Made by a program: the position numbers and the translations under genes. The notes under the pieces were generated by a model, which was given only the letters and a program-made list of their open reading frames with translations, was not told where the DNA came from and ran no database searches. This document shows positions 7,795 through 16,256 of a stretch of DNA of 22,004 nucleotides, piece by piece (position 1 is the first letter of the stretch; every line of letters begins with the position of its first letter). Source of the stretch: Candidatus Latescibacterota bacterium (GTDB taxonomy: Bacteria; Latescibacterota; UBA2968; UBA8231); NCBI GenBank assembly GCA_965242865.1, contig CBDETK010000009.1, positions 1-22,004 on the forward strand, given 5' to 3'.

Positions 7795-7962
7795 ATGAAC
7801 TGTGCAGTCTGCGGCAGCCCAATCGATGGGTATCGCCGTGCCTTAAACCCTCGCATCAAGACGTGCTCGCCGCCCTGCTCAAAGCGCCACGCCATGAATC
7901 TGCGGAACTTGGCCGCGCGGAATAAGCGTAAACGCGAGCGCGCACAAAGAAAGGAGCGATGA
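7795..7962 (+). CDS. Small Cys4 zinc-finger protein with basic tail, 55 aa
   Basis: AGGAGG at 7785-7790 and ATG at 7795. CAVC...CSPPC then RNKRKRER. ATGA-coupled to the lysozyme. Confidence 0.75.
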   Translation: MNCAVCGSPIDGYRRALNPRIKTCSPPCSKRHAMNLRNLAARNKRKRERAQRKER

Positions 7963-8540
7963 TGGTAGAGCATGCCATCCTCGTTTCCGTCCTCAAATCG
8001 GAGGGCGGCTACGTCAACGACCCCAACGACAGCGGCGGCGAGACCTATGCCGGCATTGCCCGGCACTACAATCCCGGCTGGGAAGGCTGGGACGAAGTGG
8101 ACCGCTGGACCGGCAATAAGAACTCGCCAGACTTGCAAGACTTGCTGATGCCCATGCTGCTGCGTTTTTGGGATACTTACCTGAAGTCCAACCATATCGA
8201 GCACGTGCCGGGGCCGTTGCGGCTTCAGTACGCGCACATGGCCGCAACCAGCCCCAAGCGCGCCATCGCCGCCCTGCAGCAATTGGTGGTGTGGACGAAT
8301 CCCCTGTTGGGGTCGCCGAAGTTCGTCGATGGGCTGTGGGGCAGGAATACCCGGCAGGCCGTAGAGGACTGGTTGTCACCGGACCTCAACGCATCCGACA
8401 TGCAGAAGGGCTACTGCATAGCCTGCATAGCCCTGTACTGCGACTCGGTACGGGATCGTCCGAGTAATCAACGCTTCCTGCATGGTTGGGCGCGCCGGAC
8501 CGTCGCTGTCTGGCAAGAGGCGATCGGCCATGCAGCTTGA
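7959..8540 (+). CDS. Glycoside hydrolase family 108 lysozyme (endolysin) with C-terminal peptidoglycan-binding region
   Basis: EGGYVNDPNDSGGETYAGI catalytic motif, VDGLWG.NT, RFLHGW.RR. GGAG RBS. Confidence 0.92.
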   Translation: MMVEHAILVSVLKSEGGYVNDPNDSGGETYAGIARHYNPGWEGWDEVDRWTGNKNSPDLQDLLMPMLLRFWDTYLKSNHIEHVPGPLRLQYAHMAATSPKRAIAALQQLVVWTNPLLGSPKFVDGLWGRNTRQAVEDWLSPDLNASDMQKGYCIACIALYCDSVRDRPSNQRFLHGWARRTVAVWQEAIGHAA

Positions 8541-8700
8541 AACGTGGCTATACATTCCGCTCGACGACGAGGTGCCGCTGAGGATACGACTTCAGCTGCG
8601 CACTCCCATCGGAAAATTCAAAACGGTGATAGGCTTTTGCTCGATTACTATTCACAATCGAGAGTGTAAGCCGCGCTGGAGAGGCATCGCATTAAATTAG
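8530..8700 (+). CDS. Hypothetical protein, 56 aa
   Basis: GAGG at 8517-8520 and ATG at 8530 overlapping the lysozyme end. Intact in both copies, no recognisable motif. Confidence 0.4.
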   Translation: MQLETWLYIPLDDEVPLRIRLQLRTPIGKFKTVIGFCSITIHNRECKPRWRGIALN

Positions 8701-8838
8701 TTTAGCGACTTGGCTAAATCGCCCGTCGCTACCCCTGTCGGCACCGGAATGCTGGATCGATGGCCAGCTAATGGGGACAGAAGAGCGGATAAAAGCCGAA
8801 TAAACGCTCTCGTTTTTCCCCTATGAAGAACGATCCAA

Positions 8839-8866
8839 ACTAACGATAAATCCTATTATCGTTCGT
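8839..8866. other. dif-like / tyrosine-recombinase-type site (11-6-11)
   Basis: ACTAACGATAA-ATCCTA-TTATCGTTCGT. The ATAA-N6-TTAT core is as in E. coli dif (GGTGCGCATAA-TGTATA-TTATGTTAAAT). Arms extend to a 12/13 inverted match (8837-8868). Confidence 0.55.
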
Positions 8867-8901
8867 TTGTACGGCTTATGAAGTCCAGTCGAGAATTTCG
8901 A

Positions 8902-10026
8902 TCATGCTTCTTGTTCCATTAGGCCCGAAAGGGCCGCCGCTTTGTCCACCGCCATACCCCCCCCAACCATCGATTGAAACGCCCGCGCACGCCCGCTTAA
9001 ATCGGACGCGAACAGGCGGTCGAAGTTAAGCTGCACGCGCTCGTCCAGCTTGATCGACAGCTCTTCAGCTACGATTTCAGCTACGGGCTGAATCGTCCCA
9101 TGCAGGAAGCGTCGCCAGCTCTCGCGCTGGCTGGTTCCGTCCGAACTTTCTTCGAGTAACGCGGGCGGCACGCCCAACGCCGCGGTGATGATGCGGCTGA
9201 CTTCTACGCGGAGCGTCCCTAAGCTGTCGGGGGGATTGGGGCCTATCCGCTGGGGCGTCCAGTCCTGCCGCGGCGCGGAAAAGCGCCCTTCGCCCCAGCC
9301 GCTGGCCGTGGTCTCAACGAGCACCGTTTTGCCGCGGATACTGCCGAGTGCTTTGCGGGTGTCTTCCAGCGGATCGTACATCGTGCCGTCGGGCTTTTGC
9401 CGCGGGGAAGGGTCGCGCGGCAAGGCAATGATATTGCCTACCTGCGCGGCCGCTTCTTCGCCCAGCCGCGTCTCCAGCAGGTTGGCCAAGCGTTGGGTCG
9501 CCGCCGCGCGCTCCAGCGGCGCTTGGCCCTTCCAGGGCTGCTCAGGGCGGCGGCCAATCATAAAATGCAGCACGCCATCCCAGGGCGCGCGGCGCGTGCG
9601 GTTGCCCGAAGGCCCCAGCACGTCGAGCCGATAGCGCCAGCGCTGAGGATGGACGCCCGGGCCGTTGACCTCCCACGACGAAGCAATCCCCGCGGCGAGC
9701 ATCCCGTCGTCGAGCACGTCGAGCAGCCAGCAGCTTTCGCCCGTATAGACAAATTCGCGGGCTACCAGCCCCAGCATCGACGGACCGCACACGCCCTGCG
9801 CTCGGCGCCCGCGCACGGTCGCGGAGGCAAAGGCGCGCTCCCACAAGCCCGCGCACGCTTCTTGGGCGGCCAGCCCCGCGCGGATGGCTTCGTTGCTGGC
9901 TTGGGCCTGCTCCTCGACGGCGCGCTCAATGGCGGAGGAGAAGGAGATGGCGCGCCACTCGGCGAGCGCCAGTTGATGGACGCGCTGGCGGAGGACCGCG
10001 GGCCGAAACCAATCGAGGGCCTTCAC
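8902..10026 (-). CDS. Portal protein (HK97-like, short), 374 aa
   Basis: Likely GTG start at 10026, GTGA-coupled to the upstream ORF. Motifs GVLHF......PW.G.APL, I.AALGVPP.LL, F...TIQP....AEELS.KL, D...RA......V.GG. Confidence 0.88.
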   Translation of the reverse strand: MKALDWFRPAVLRQRVHQLALAEWRAISFSSAIERAVEEQAQASNEAIRAGLAAQEACAGLWERAFASATVRGRRAQGVCGPSMLGLVAREFVYTGESCWLLDVLDDGMLAAGIASSWEVNGPGVHPQRWRYRLDVLGPSGNRTRRAPWDGVLHFMIGRRPEQPWKGQAPLERAAATQRLANLLETRLGEEAAAQVGNIIALPRDPSPRQKPDGTMYDPLEDTRKALGSIRGKTVLVETTASGWGEGRFSAPRQDWTPQRIGPNPPDSLGTLRVEVSRIITAALGVPPALLEESSDGTSQRESWRRFLHGTIQPVAEIVAEELSIKLDERVQLNFDRLFASDLSGRARAFQSMVGGGMAVDKAAALSGLMEQEA

Positions 10027-10154
10027 TTGTGATGCTTCCGCTCGCGCTTGCGCCGGTGATGCTCGGCGTGAACCAGCTTGCCCAGCATGGCCGTGCAGAA
10101 AATGGTTAGGACATCGAACAGGTCGATGCCCTCTTGGATGAGCCAATCGCCCAT
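10023..10154 (-). CDS. Small membrane protein, 43 aa (holin-like candidate)
   Basis: GAGGAGG RBS and ATG at 10154. One hydrophobic stretch (LFDVLTIFCTAMLGKLV) followed by HHRRKRERKHHK. Confidence 0.55.
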   Translation of the reverse strand: MGDWLIQEGIDLFDVLTIFCTAMLGKLVHAEHHRRKRERKHHK

Positions 10155-10167
10155 AGGGGAAACCTCC

Positions 10168-10617
10168 TCAGAGCAGTTGTAGTGCGATACGCGCCAGCGG
10201 ATGCGAGCCAAACGTCAAGCGTATCAGCTTCTTGAGCGTGAAGGTGCGGGCCGCCTTGCGACGGAGGGCGCGGCCGGTCTTGTCGAGCTTTTCTTGGAAC
10301 ACCGCCCTCGCAATGCGCCCAGACTGGCGGGCAAACGCCAGCCTATAGGCCCTACGGATGGCCTTGACCGCGCGCAGGCGCCAGATGAACTGATAGACCC
10401 AGTAGGGAACGCGGCTGCCGAAGCCGACGCGGATGGCTTTCCTTCCGGCCCAGCGGACGCGATACGCCCGGCGCATGCGCCCGGTGCGGACCGGGATGGC
10501 GGCGCGAAACTCGCGGCCGGTGCGGCCCTTGCGCAGCTCGTTGGCTACGATGTTGCGGATGCGCCAGTTGGCTTGCCGGAAGCGGATGCCCTGCTGCCGG
10601 CGGGGGGTCTGGGTCAT
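10168..10617 (-). CDS. HK97 gp10-like, highly Arg-rich virion/neck protein, 149 aa
   Basis: AAIPVRTGRMRRAY resembles the gp10 PVxTGxLRxS motif, followed by VGF....PYW.Y. Starts 2 nt after the fibre gene stop. Confidence 0.6.
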   Translation of the reverse strand: MTQTPRRQQGIRFRQANWRIRNIVANELRKGRTGREFRAAIPVRTGRMRRAYRVRWAGRKAIRVGFGSRVPYWVYQFIWRLRAVKAIRRAYRLAFARQSGRIARAVFQEKLDKTGRALRRKAARTFTLKKLIRLTFGSHPLARIALQLL

Positions 10618-10619
10618 GC

Positions 10620-13134
10620 TTACAGCCTCCAGATGGTCAAGGGGGTAGGGTCGCGGTTGGTGCGGTCGGAGGCTATAAGCAGCCGGCGGTCTGAGTTGCG
10701 GCGAGCGAAGTAGAAGATGGTGTCCACGCCCGCGGCTGAGCCGGACCGCAGCTTATAGTCGGCAGCCGCGTAGCCGGCCACGCCAGACGATTGGGTTCCG
10801 GCCGTGCCGTGGATCTCGCCGCCGTAGAACATGCGCGCGGGCGCGATTTGGCCGCCGATGTTCATGATCCATAAGGCCGTAGCGAAGTTGGACGGCAGCG
10901 TGTAGCCGGTGTCCGTCCAGCGGTTGGCGACCGTGATGTCCACGTTGCCCGAAAAGGCTGGGAATAGGTCGGTCGGGGATATCGTCCGAGTGTTGAAAAT
11001 CGGCCACGACGTTGGCCGAGAAAGAGCCGCTTCCACTGACTGCGCCAGATTGGCCGCGGTACTCCATGTACATATAGACATTGCCCTCCCGCGGGCTTTC
11101 CGCCGAAGGACCGCTAATAGCGACATGCAAAATGAGGGAGCCCTGCCATTGGGCGCCGCTATATATAAAAAACCCCAGAAGCCCCACTCCTGGCCTATTA
11201 GCCAGGACCAAACCGGGTGTCCGTCGCCGTAAATCTGTCATGGAAATAAGCGTCGACTGCCGTGCCGTGCGCTCAACGGCCTCGCTGCTAAAGGATAGGT
11301 TGACCGGCACCGTGGGCTGGTTTAGCTGAACGCTCGCCTCTACTTCAAGGATGCCCTGAGCAAGGGCGGCGTTGCCCCTAAGTACCTGCGTATTGCTGTA
11401 CCGATTGCCCGTCAAATCGACCAGCGTCGGCACCGGCATCACCCCGTTGTGCAACTCTCGCAAGCCCGCCGAGCGTCCGCCCCCTCCGCTCACCGCGGGC
11501 GCGGGTATATCCTGCCAAGCAGCCCCGGTCCACCGCTCGAGGTTGGACGGCGCGCTCGCGTCGTAGCGGACGTCGCCGGCCTTTGGCGGCGTCTCGGCAG
11601 AAAGCTCGACCGGCTCGTCGTACTGGGGCGTGACGACCGCGCCGCCGGGCAGGTTGGCAATCTGCACCTCGAAGTAGTACCACATGGCGTTGGCCGAGTT
11701 GGCAATCTCTTGGAGGCCCGCCAGCGACTGATAGAGGTCGTCGTCGATGTTGAGCCGAAATTTCGTTGGGTCGTTGCCCAAGCTGTTGGCCACCCGAACG
11801 ATGACATACCAGTTCTGGCGGCGCGTGCCGTGCGTTACGGTGTCTGTGTAGCTGGCCGCGGTCGCTTGGTTGGCGTTGCGGCGCGTGGACTGCGGCCCCG
11901 AGATCTGCAGGTCGCCCGAGCGGGCTTCCCAGCCGCCGGCGGTCGTGGCGCGGTCGAGCGCATCGAGCTCTTGGCCCAGCTTGTCGGCGGGGATGTCGTC
12001 TTGGTTGCCTTCTTCGGCCCAGTTGGCTACGCCGGCCTGTACCCGGGCGTCGACCTGCGCTTGCGTGAGGCCGCCGCCGCCGCCGGACGGGGCGTTGCCC
12101 AGCTTGTTGAGCGGGATTTGGTCTGTGTTGCCGTCTTCGGCCCACGTCGCCGGGTCCGGTCCCTCGACCGCGGCCACCCGCGCATCGACCTGGGCTTGCG
12201 TGAGGCCGCCGGATTCATTGGCCCACTCCGCATCGCCGTCGGACGCGGCCTTGAGCACTTGGCCCACTTGCGGGTTGTCGGCCAGGTCGCGCGCGGCGGG
12301 CGTATCCCCTGAGCCTTGCGTAGCCCACGCCTCGACGCGGGCGCCAATGCGGGCGTCGACCTGCGCTTGGGTGAGGCCGCCGCCGCTCGCGGCAGCCGCC
12401 GTCCGCACCCGATAGAGGGTAAAGCCCAGCGTGCCGGTGCCATCTTGGTTGGCGATCAGGATGGTATTGTTCGCAGAGCGGCCAATCCAGAAGTCGGTGA
12501 CGTTGTTGGCGTCCGGCAGCGCAATGACCTCACCGCCGGTGAGATGTCGCCCCGGGTTGCTTGTTCCCAGCGCGCGAAACTGGGCGGCGTTGATCCAGAA
12601 GCTGCGTCCGTTGTCGAAGTCGAGCACAACCCAGCCGGCGGCGGGTACGACCAGACCGCTGTCTACGCTGGTCGTGCCCGAGGCGTTGAAGACGAAGTTG
12701 CTGCCTATCTGTTCAAAGACGGTCGAGGCCGGCGCGCTGGGCGGCTGCTCGGCGAGGATGCGCCGCACAATCGCCTCGACCGCTTCTTCGTCCACCGGCT
12801 GGCCGCCGTCGCCGGTGGCCGCGGCCACGTCGGCAAGGTCGAAATCGACCGGCGCAACGCCGCGCTGTACCCACGGGTCGACCAGCGCCCGCGCGCCGCT
12901 TTCGTTCCAGGCCACCCCAGAGCGCGTCACGTTGGGCGCGTCGTAGAGATAGCCAGCCACCCTAATAACCGCCTCGTCGCGCACGTCTTCGGGGGCCAGC
13001 GGCGCGTAGGTATCCACCAGCGCACGCCCGACCGCCAACAGGCGCGTGCCAATCGCCGTCAGTTGGGCGCTGACGACCTCGCCTTCGGGCGCGGCCCGTA
13101 TCGCGTTGAGCAGTTGGGCAACCGTTAGAGCCAT
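10620..13134 (-). CDS. Adaptor/fibre fusion, allele B; apparent frameshift near 10960
   Basis: A 19-nt segment of A is replaced by 11 nt (net -8). Removing one G from the ggg run gives in-frame DIPDRPIPAFSG, so the gene is probably intact with a read error. Confidence 0.65.
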
Positions 13135-13673
13135 CGTGATCTCCGTGAAGGTTTCGCCGGCGGCGCGTCGAGCCAACGTTGAATAAACTCGATCTCCGAT
13201 TGGGGATAGGCCGGCCGATCGACGATGGAAACGCCCGTTATGGTGGCCTGCTCGATGACGATATCGCGGTGGCCGCGGTCACGGATTTTCTCATCGACAA
13301 ACTCAATCGACAAGCCCCGAAGCGCCCCGCGGTCGATGAGCGCGGCCGCATCGCGCCCCACGGTGGTATCGGGTAGGTCGATCTCGACGAAGTAGCCGCG
13401 ATCGCGGCTGTCGAGCCGCAGGCCGCCGTTAGGGTATTGCGCCAGCAATTGCGAGCGGTCGTGCTGGACGGACGCTATCACCCCGCGGTTGTAGGGCGTC
13501 AACGCCCCGCGCTTGAACTGCTCGCGCAAGGCAAACGCGCCCCGGCCTAATCGGGCTACGTCCCCCCAGATAATAGCCGCCCCGCGCACAGTGCCTAACC
13601 CCCTCGCTAGGTCCCCGCTCTCGTTGCGGGTAAAGGCCAGTGGCAGGGCGGCGGATTGTTTGGCCGCGGTCAC
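13125..13673 (-). CDS. HK97-family prohead protease (copy B)
   Basis: Translation identical to 2716-3264. Confidence 0.92.
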   Translation of the reverse strand: MTAAKQSAALPLAFTRNESGDLARGLGTVRGAAIIWGDVARLGRGAFALREQFKRGALTPYNRGVIASVQHDRSQLLAQYPNGGLRLDSRDRGYFVEIDLPDTTVGRDAAALIDRGALRGLSIEFVDEKIRDRGHRDIVIEQATITGVSIVDRPAYPQSEIEFIQRWLDAPPAKPSRRSRWL

Positions 13674-14943
13674 TTCGCGGTCGCGACGAAGCGGCGGAAG
13701 TTAGCCGCGCGAATGAGGGCGAAATCCCACATCTGAATGATGGTGAGGGCGACTTGGCCCTTGGCCGCGGCCGTGTACGGATCGCGGATGAGCTGCAGGG
13801 ACGGCCACACGGCCGCGATCGCGGCGCCGGCCAGCCCGCGCCCCTTCGAGGCATAGGCCCACTTGTCGCCGTCGGCGAGCTGCCCGCCCGCGATGTGGTT
13901 GGACGAGTTCATCGACAGCCCCTGCATCTTGAGGATGTCATAGAGGAACATTTCCACGTCCGCATTGACCAACTTCTTGAATGCGACCAGCGAGCTGCTA
14001 TCCATCGCCAACTGCACGTCCTCGAGCATGGTCGCGTACACCCCATCAATCGCCGAGAGGACGTCCCCATGGAGGTCTTCGGCGGTCGCCGTCGAGAAGG
14101 TGGCTACCGTCTCGGTCTGGCCGGCCGCCAGCGCGTTGGACAGGCCGTTGGACGTCAGTTGGGCGTTGCCGTTGAAAATCTGGCTGTCCATCTCGTTGGC
14201 CAACGCCATCGACAAGTCCTGACGAAGCCGCGCTTCCAACTGCGGCAGCCGCGCCAAATCTTCGAGCTCGAACAGGTACCGCGCCGTGATGCGATGCGGA
14301 TCCATGACGACCGTGGAGAGCGTGGCCGCGTCCGCGTCGTGGGCGGCAGCGCGGGCTACGGTGTCCGGGTCGACGCCGCCGGTGAGCACCGTGTGGACGC
14401 GCTCGCCTACGGGCACGCTCTCGAAGGTGACGCCCAGCCAGCGGGCTATCGACGTGGTGAACACCCGCGCCAGGAAGCGGCCCGAAGACTAACCGGCGCG
14501 TCCGCGGCGTTGAAGTCGCTGACCGCATCGGCCCGCTCTTCGGGCGCGACTAACATAATCAGCGGGATATGGCCGGCGTCCGCGGGGATTTTGAACGCTT
14601 CGGCCAGCTCTTTTTCCGCGCCTTCGGCGTTGCGCTGGCTGAGGGCGCTGACGGCGAAATTGGACAGCAGGGCGCGGCAGGATAGCTGCTGCAGCTCGCG
14701 GACTTCGGCGTCCGGGTTGTCGTCGCGCTTTTGTTCGGCGTCCGCGGTGTCTTCGTCCGCCGTCGAGTCGTCGTCCTGGGCTACGAGCGCGGCCCGCAGC
14801 TTAGGCTCGATGTCCTGCAGCTCGCGGGTGGCTTTTTCCAGCTCAGCAGCTTCCGCGTCTTCGAGCGCGTCTTTTCCCAGCAAATCGTTGACGCGCTGAC
14901 GAAGCTCGGACTGCCGAACTTGGAGTTTCTGCAAAGGGGTCAA
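13670..14943 (-). CDS. Major capsid protein (copy B), split by 2 extra nt near 14485-14488
   Basis: cccgaagactaacc vs cccgagctaacc in A. ORF halves are 14446-14943 and 13670-14464. Confidence 0.8.
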
Positions 14944-14966
14944 AGGGAAGTCCTCCTGTGAAAGGG

Positions 14967-15938
14967 TTACACAACAACAAATTCAGAACACCGGAGCCGC
15001 GCAAACCGCGCGCGATCTAAGTGCTCTACGCTGTCGACGCGCCAGACGGGGCGGCTGCCGTCCCACACGTCGAACTCGGATAAGAGGGCGGTCAAGGGCG
15101 GCACGTGGTCGCGGCGGACGATAAAGTCGGTAACGCGCCGCACCGTCGCTTGCGTGTCGCCTTGCTCATCGACCGTGTAATCGACGGTCTCGACCTCGCT
15201 GTCGTCGCGGCGGCTGAACAGGCGGCGGGCGGTAAACGGGCCTTCCGATTGGGGTTGTTGACCATAAAAGACGGGCACGGTGCGTAGGGTAACGAAGTCG
15301 GTAGTATCGGCGGCATCCCCCAACGCAAACAGCGCGGCTTCTTCGGTGCGCGTCACGTTCGTCTCGAAGTACAAAAGCTGCCTACGACTTGAGCCAAACG
15401 AGCCGCTCTTGGCTTGCGAGGTCAGCCCAAACCGGACGCGGCGGCGGCCCAGCGCTATCTCTATGGTCTGAACCGCAGGATAGTCCGACGGAAAAAGCGC
15501 CCCCGTGCTCAGGTCGTCTTCGGCGGCAATGACATTGGGCGGGATAGGCAAGCCCGGCCCAATCGCCCAGCCCACCGAGGGAATAGCGGCAAACGACACT
15601 CCAATCGACCCGCTACCAGCAACAGCCACCGCATTGGTCGGCTGGATGAGCAGTCGTTCGCCGGCGGTACGGGGACTGACAATATCCTTGACGAACGCAA
15701 ACGCCCATGGGTCTGTGTTCTCGTTGGCCCACTGTATCCAATCCAACTGCCCACGTGGGGGCAATTGATCGTTGTAAAAAAGAGTCCTGGTCTCGAAACG
15801 CCCTTCCCATACGACGTTGGGCGTAATGCGCGGTAAGCCCTGATCTGCAGGCGGCACCGTAAGCGTCTGCGCGGGCACGCCATCCCCGACGTCTTTCCAC
15901 GTCAACACCCCGTCGAGCGGATTTAGAATCTCGGTCAT
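14967..15938 (-). CDS. 323-aa protein with head-closure-like C-terminus (copy B)
   Basis: Translation identical to 4557-5528. Confidence 0.55.
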   Translation of the reverse strand: MTEILNPLDGVLTWKDVGDGVPAQTLTVPPADQGLPRITPNVVWEGRFETRTLFYNDQLPPRGQLDWIQWANENTDPWAFAFVKDIVSPRTAGERLLIQPTNAVAVAGSGSIGVSFAAIPSVGWAIGPGLPIPPNVIAAEDDLSTGALFPSDYPAVQTIEIALGRRRVRFGLTSQAKSGSFGSSRRQLLYFETNVTRTEEAALFALGDAADTTDFVTLRTVPVFYGQQPQSEGPFTARRLFSRRDDSEVETVDYTVDEQGDTQATVRRVTDFIVRRDHVPPLTALLSEFDVWDGSRPVWRVDSVEHLDRARFARLRCSEFVVV

Positions 15939-16216
15939 AGCCCCTGCAACCTATCGTCCCATTCGAGTTTACGCGCTTTCACCTCGCGGCTCGTTTTTGC
16001 AATATGGCACCCCCGGCACAAGGCCTGCAAATTGTGTAGCGACCAGAAGGGGCCGCCTTCGCGCCAATTCTTGACGTGATCGCACTCCAATCGACCAGCC
16101 CGCCCGCACTGGCGGCAGCGCCAGCCATCGCGCTCAAACACCTGCCGCCGAAGCTGTCGCCAGCGCGGAAGCTGGTAGTTGCGCCGCGCTTGGCGCACGC
16201 TGACGGAAGGCTTCAC
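15935..16216 (-). CDS. HNH endonuclease (copy B)
   Basis: Translation identical to 5525-5806. Confidence 0.93.
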   Translation of the reverse strand: MKPSVSVRQARRNYQLPRWRQLRRQVFERDGWRCRQCGRAGRLECDHVKNWREGGPFWSLHNLQALCRGCHIAKTSREVKARKLEWDDRLQGL

Positions 16217-16256
16217 GTTTTTTTTTCCGCTTTTAGGCCTGACAAACGATTAAGCT

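Larger units (their letters stand above)
1..10417. mobile_element. Copy A of ~10.4 kb mini-phage/satellite-like unit (boundary set by window start; unit is circularly permuted)
   Basis: The sequence starting ccgaagccgacgcggatggc recurs at 10418 and 20714. The unit encodes terminase, portal, protease, capsid, HNH and lysozyme. Confidence 0.92.

Noticed and set aside
7445-7925. ORFs 7445-7627 (-), 7473-7925 (+) and the 5' extension 7672-7794
   Set aside because: They are translations of the TCCACA repeat array (FPHSFHILSTS, MWKECGK), have no RBS or domain, and the first two are broken by the deletion in B.
10027-10146. N-terminal 40 aa of the 414-aa portal ORF (and the first 14 aa of the 854-aa ORF)
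   Set aside because: They overlap upstream genes. Coupled or RBS-supported starts at 10026 and 2725 are more plausible.
1-10417. Complete cis-encoded diversity-generating retroelement
   Set aside because: No reverse transcriptase motif in any ORF and no template repeat within the unit. Only a trans-acting possibility is retained.
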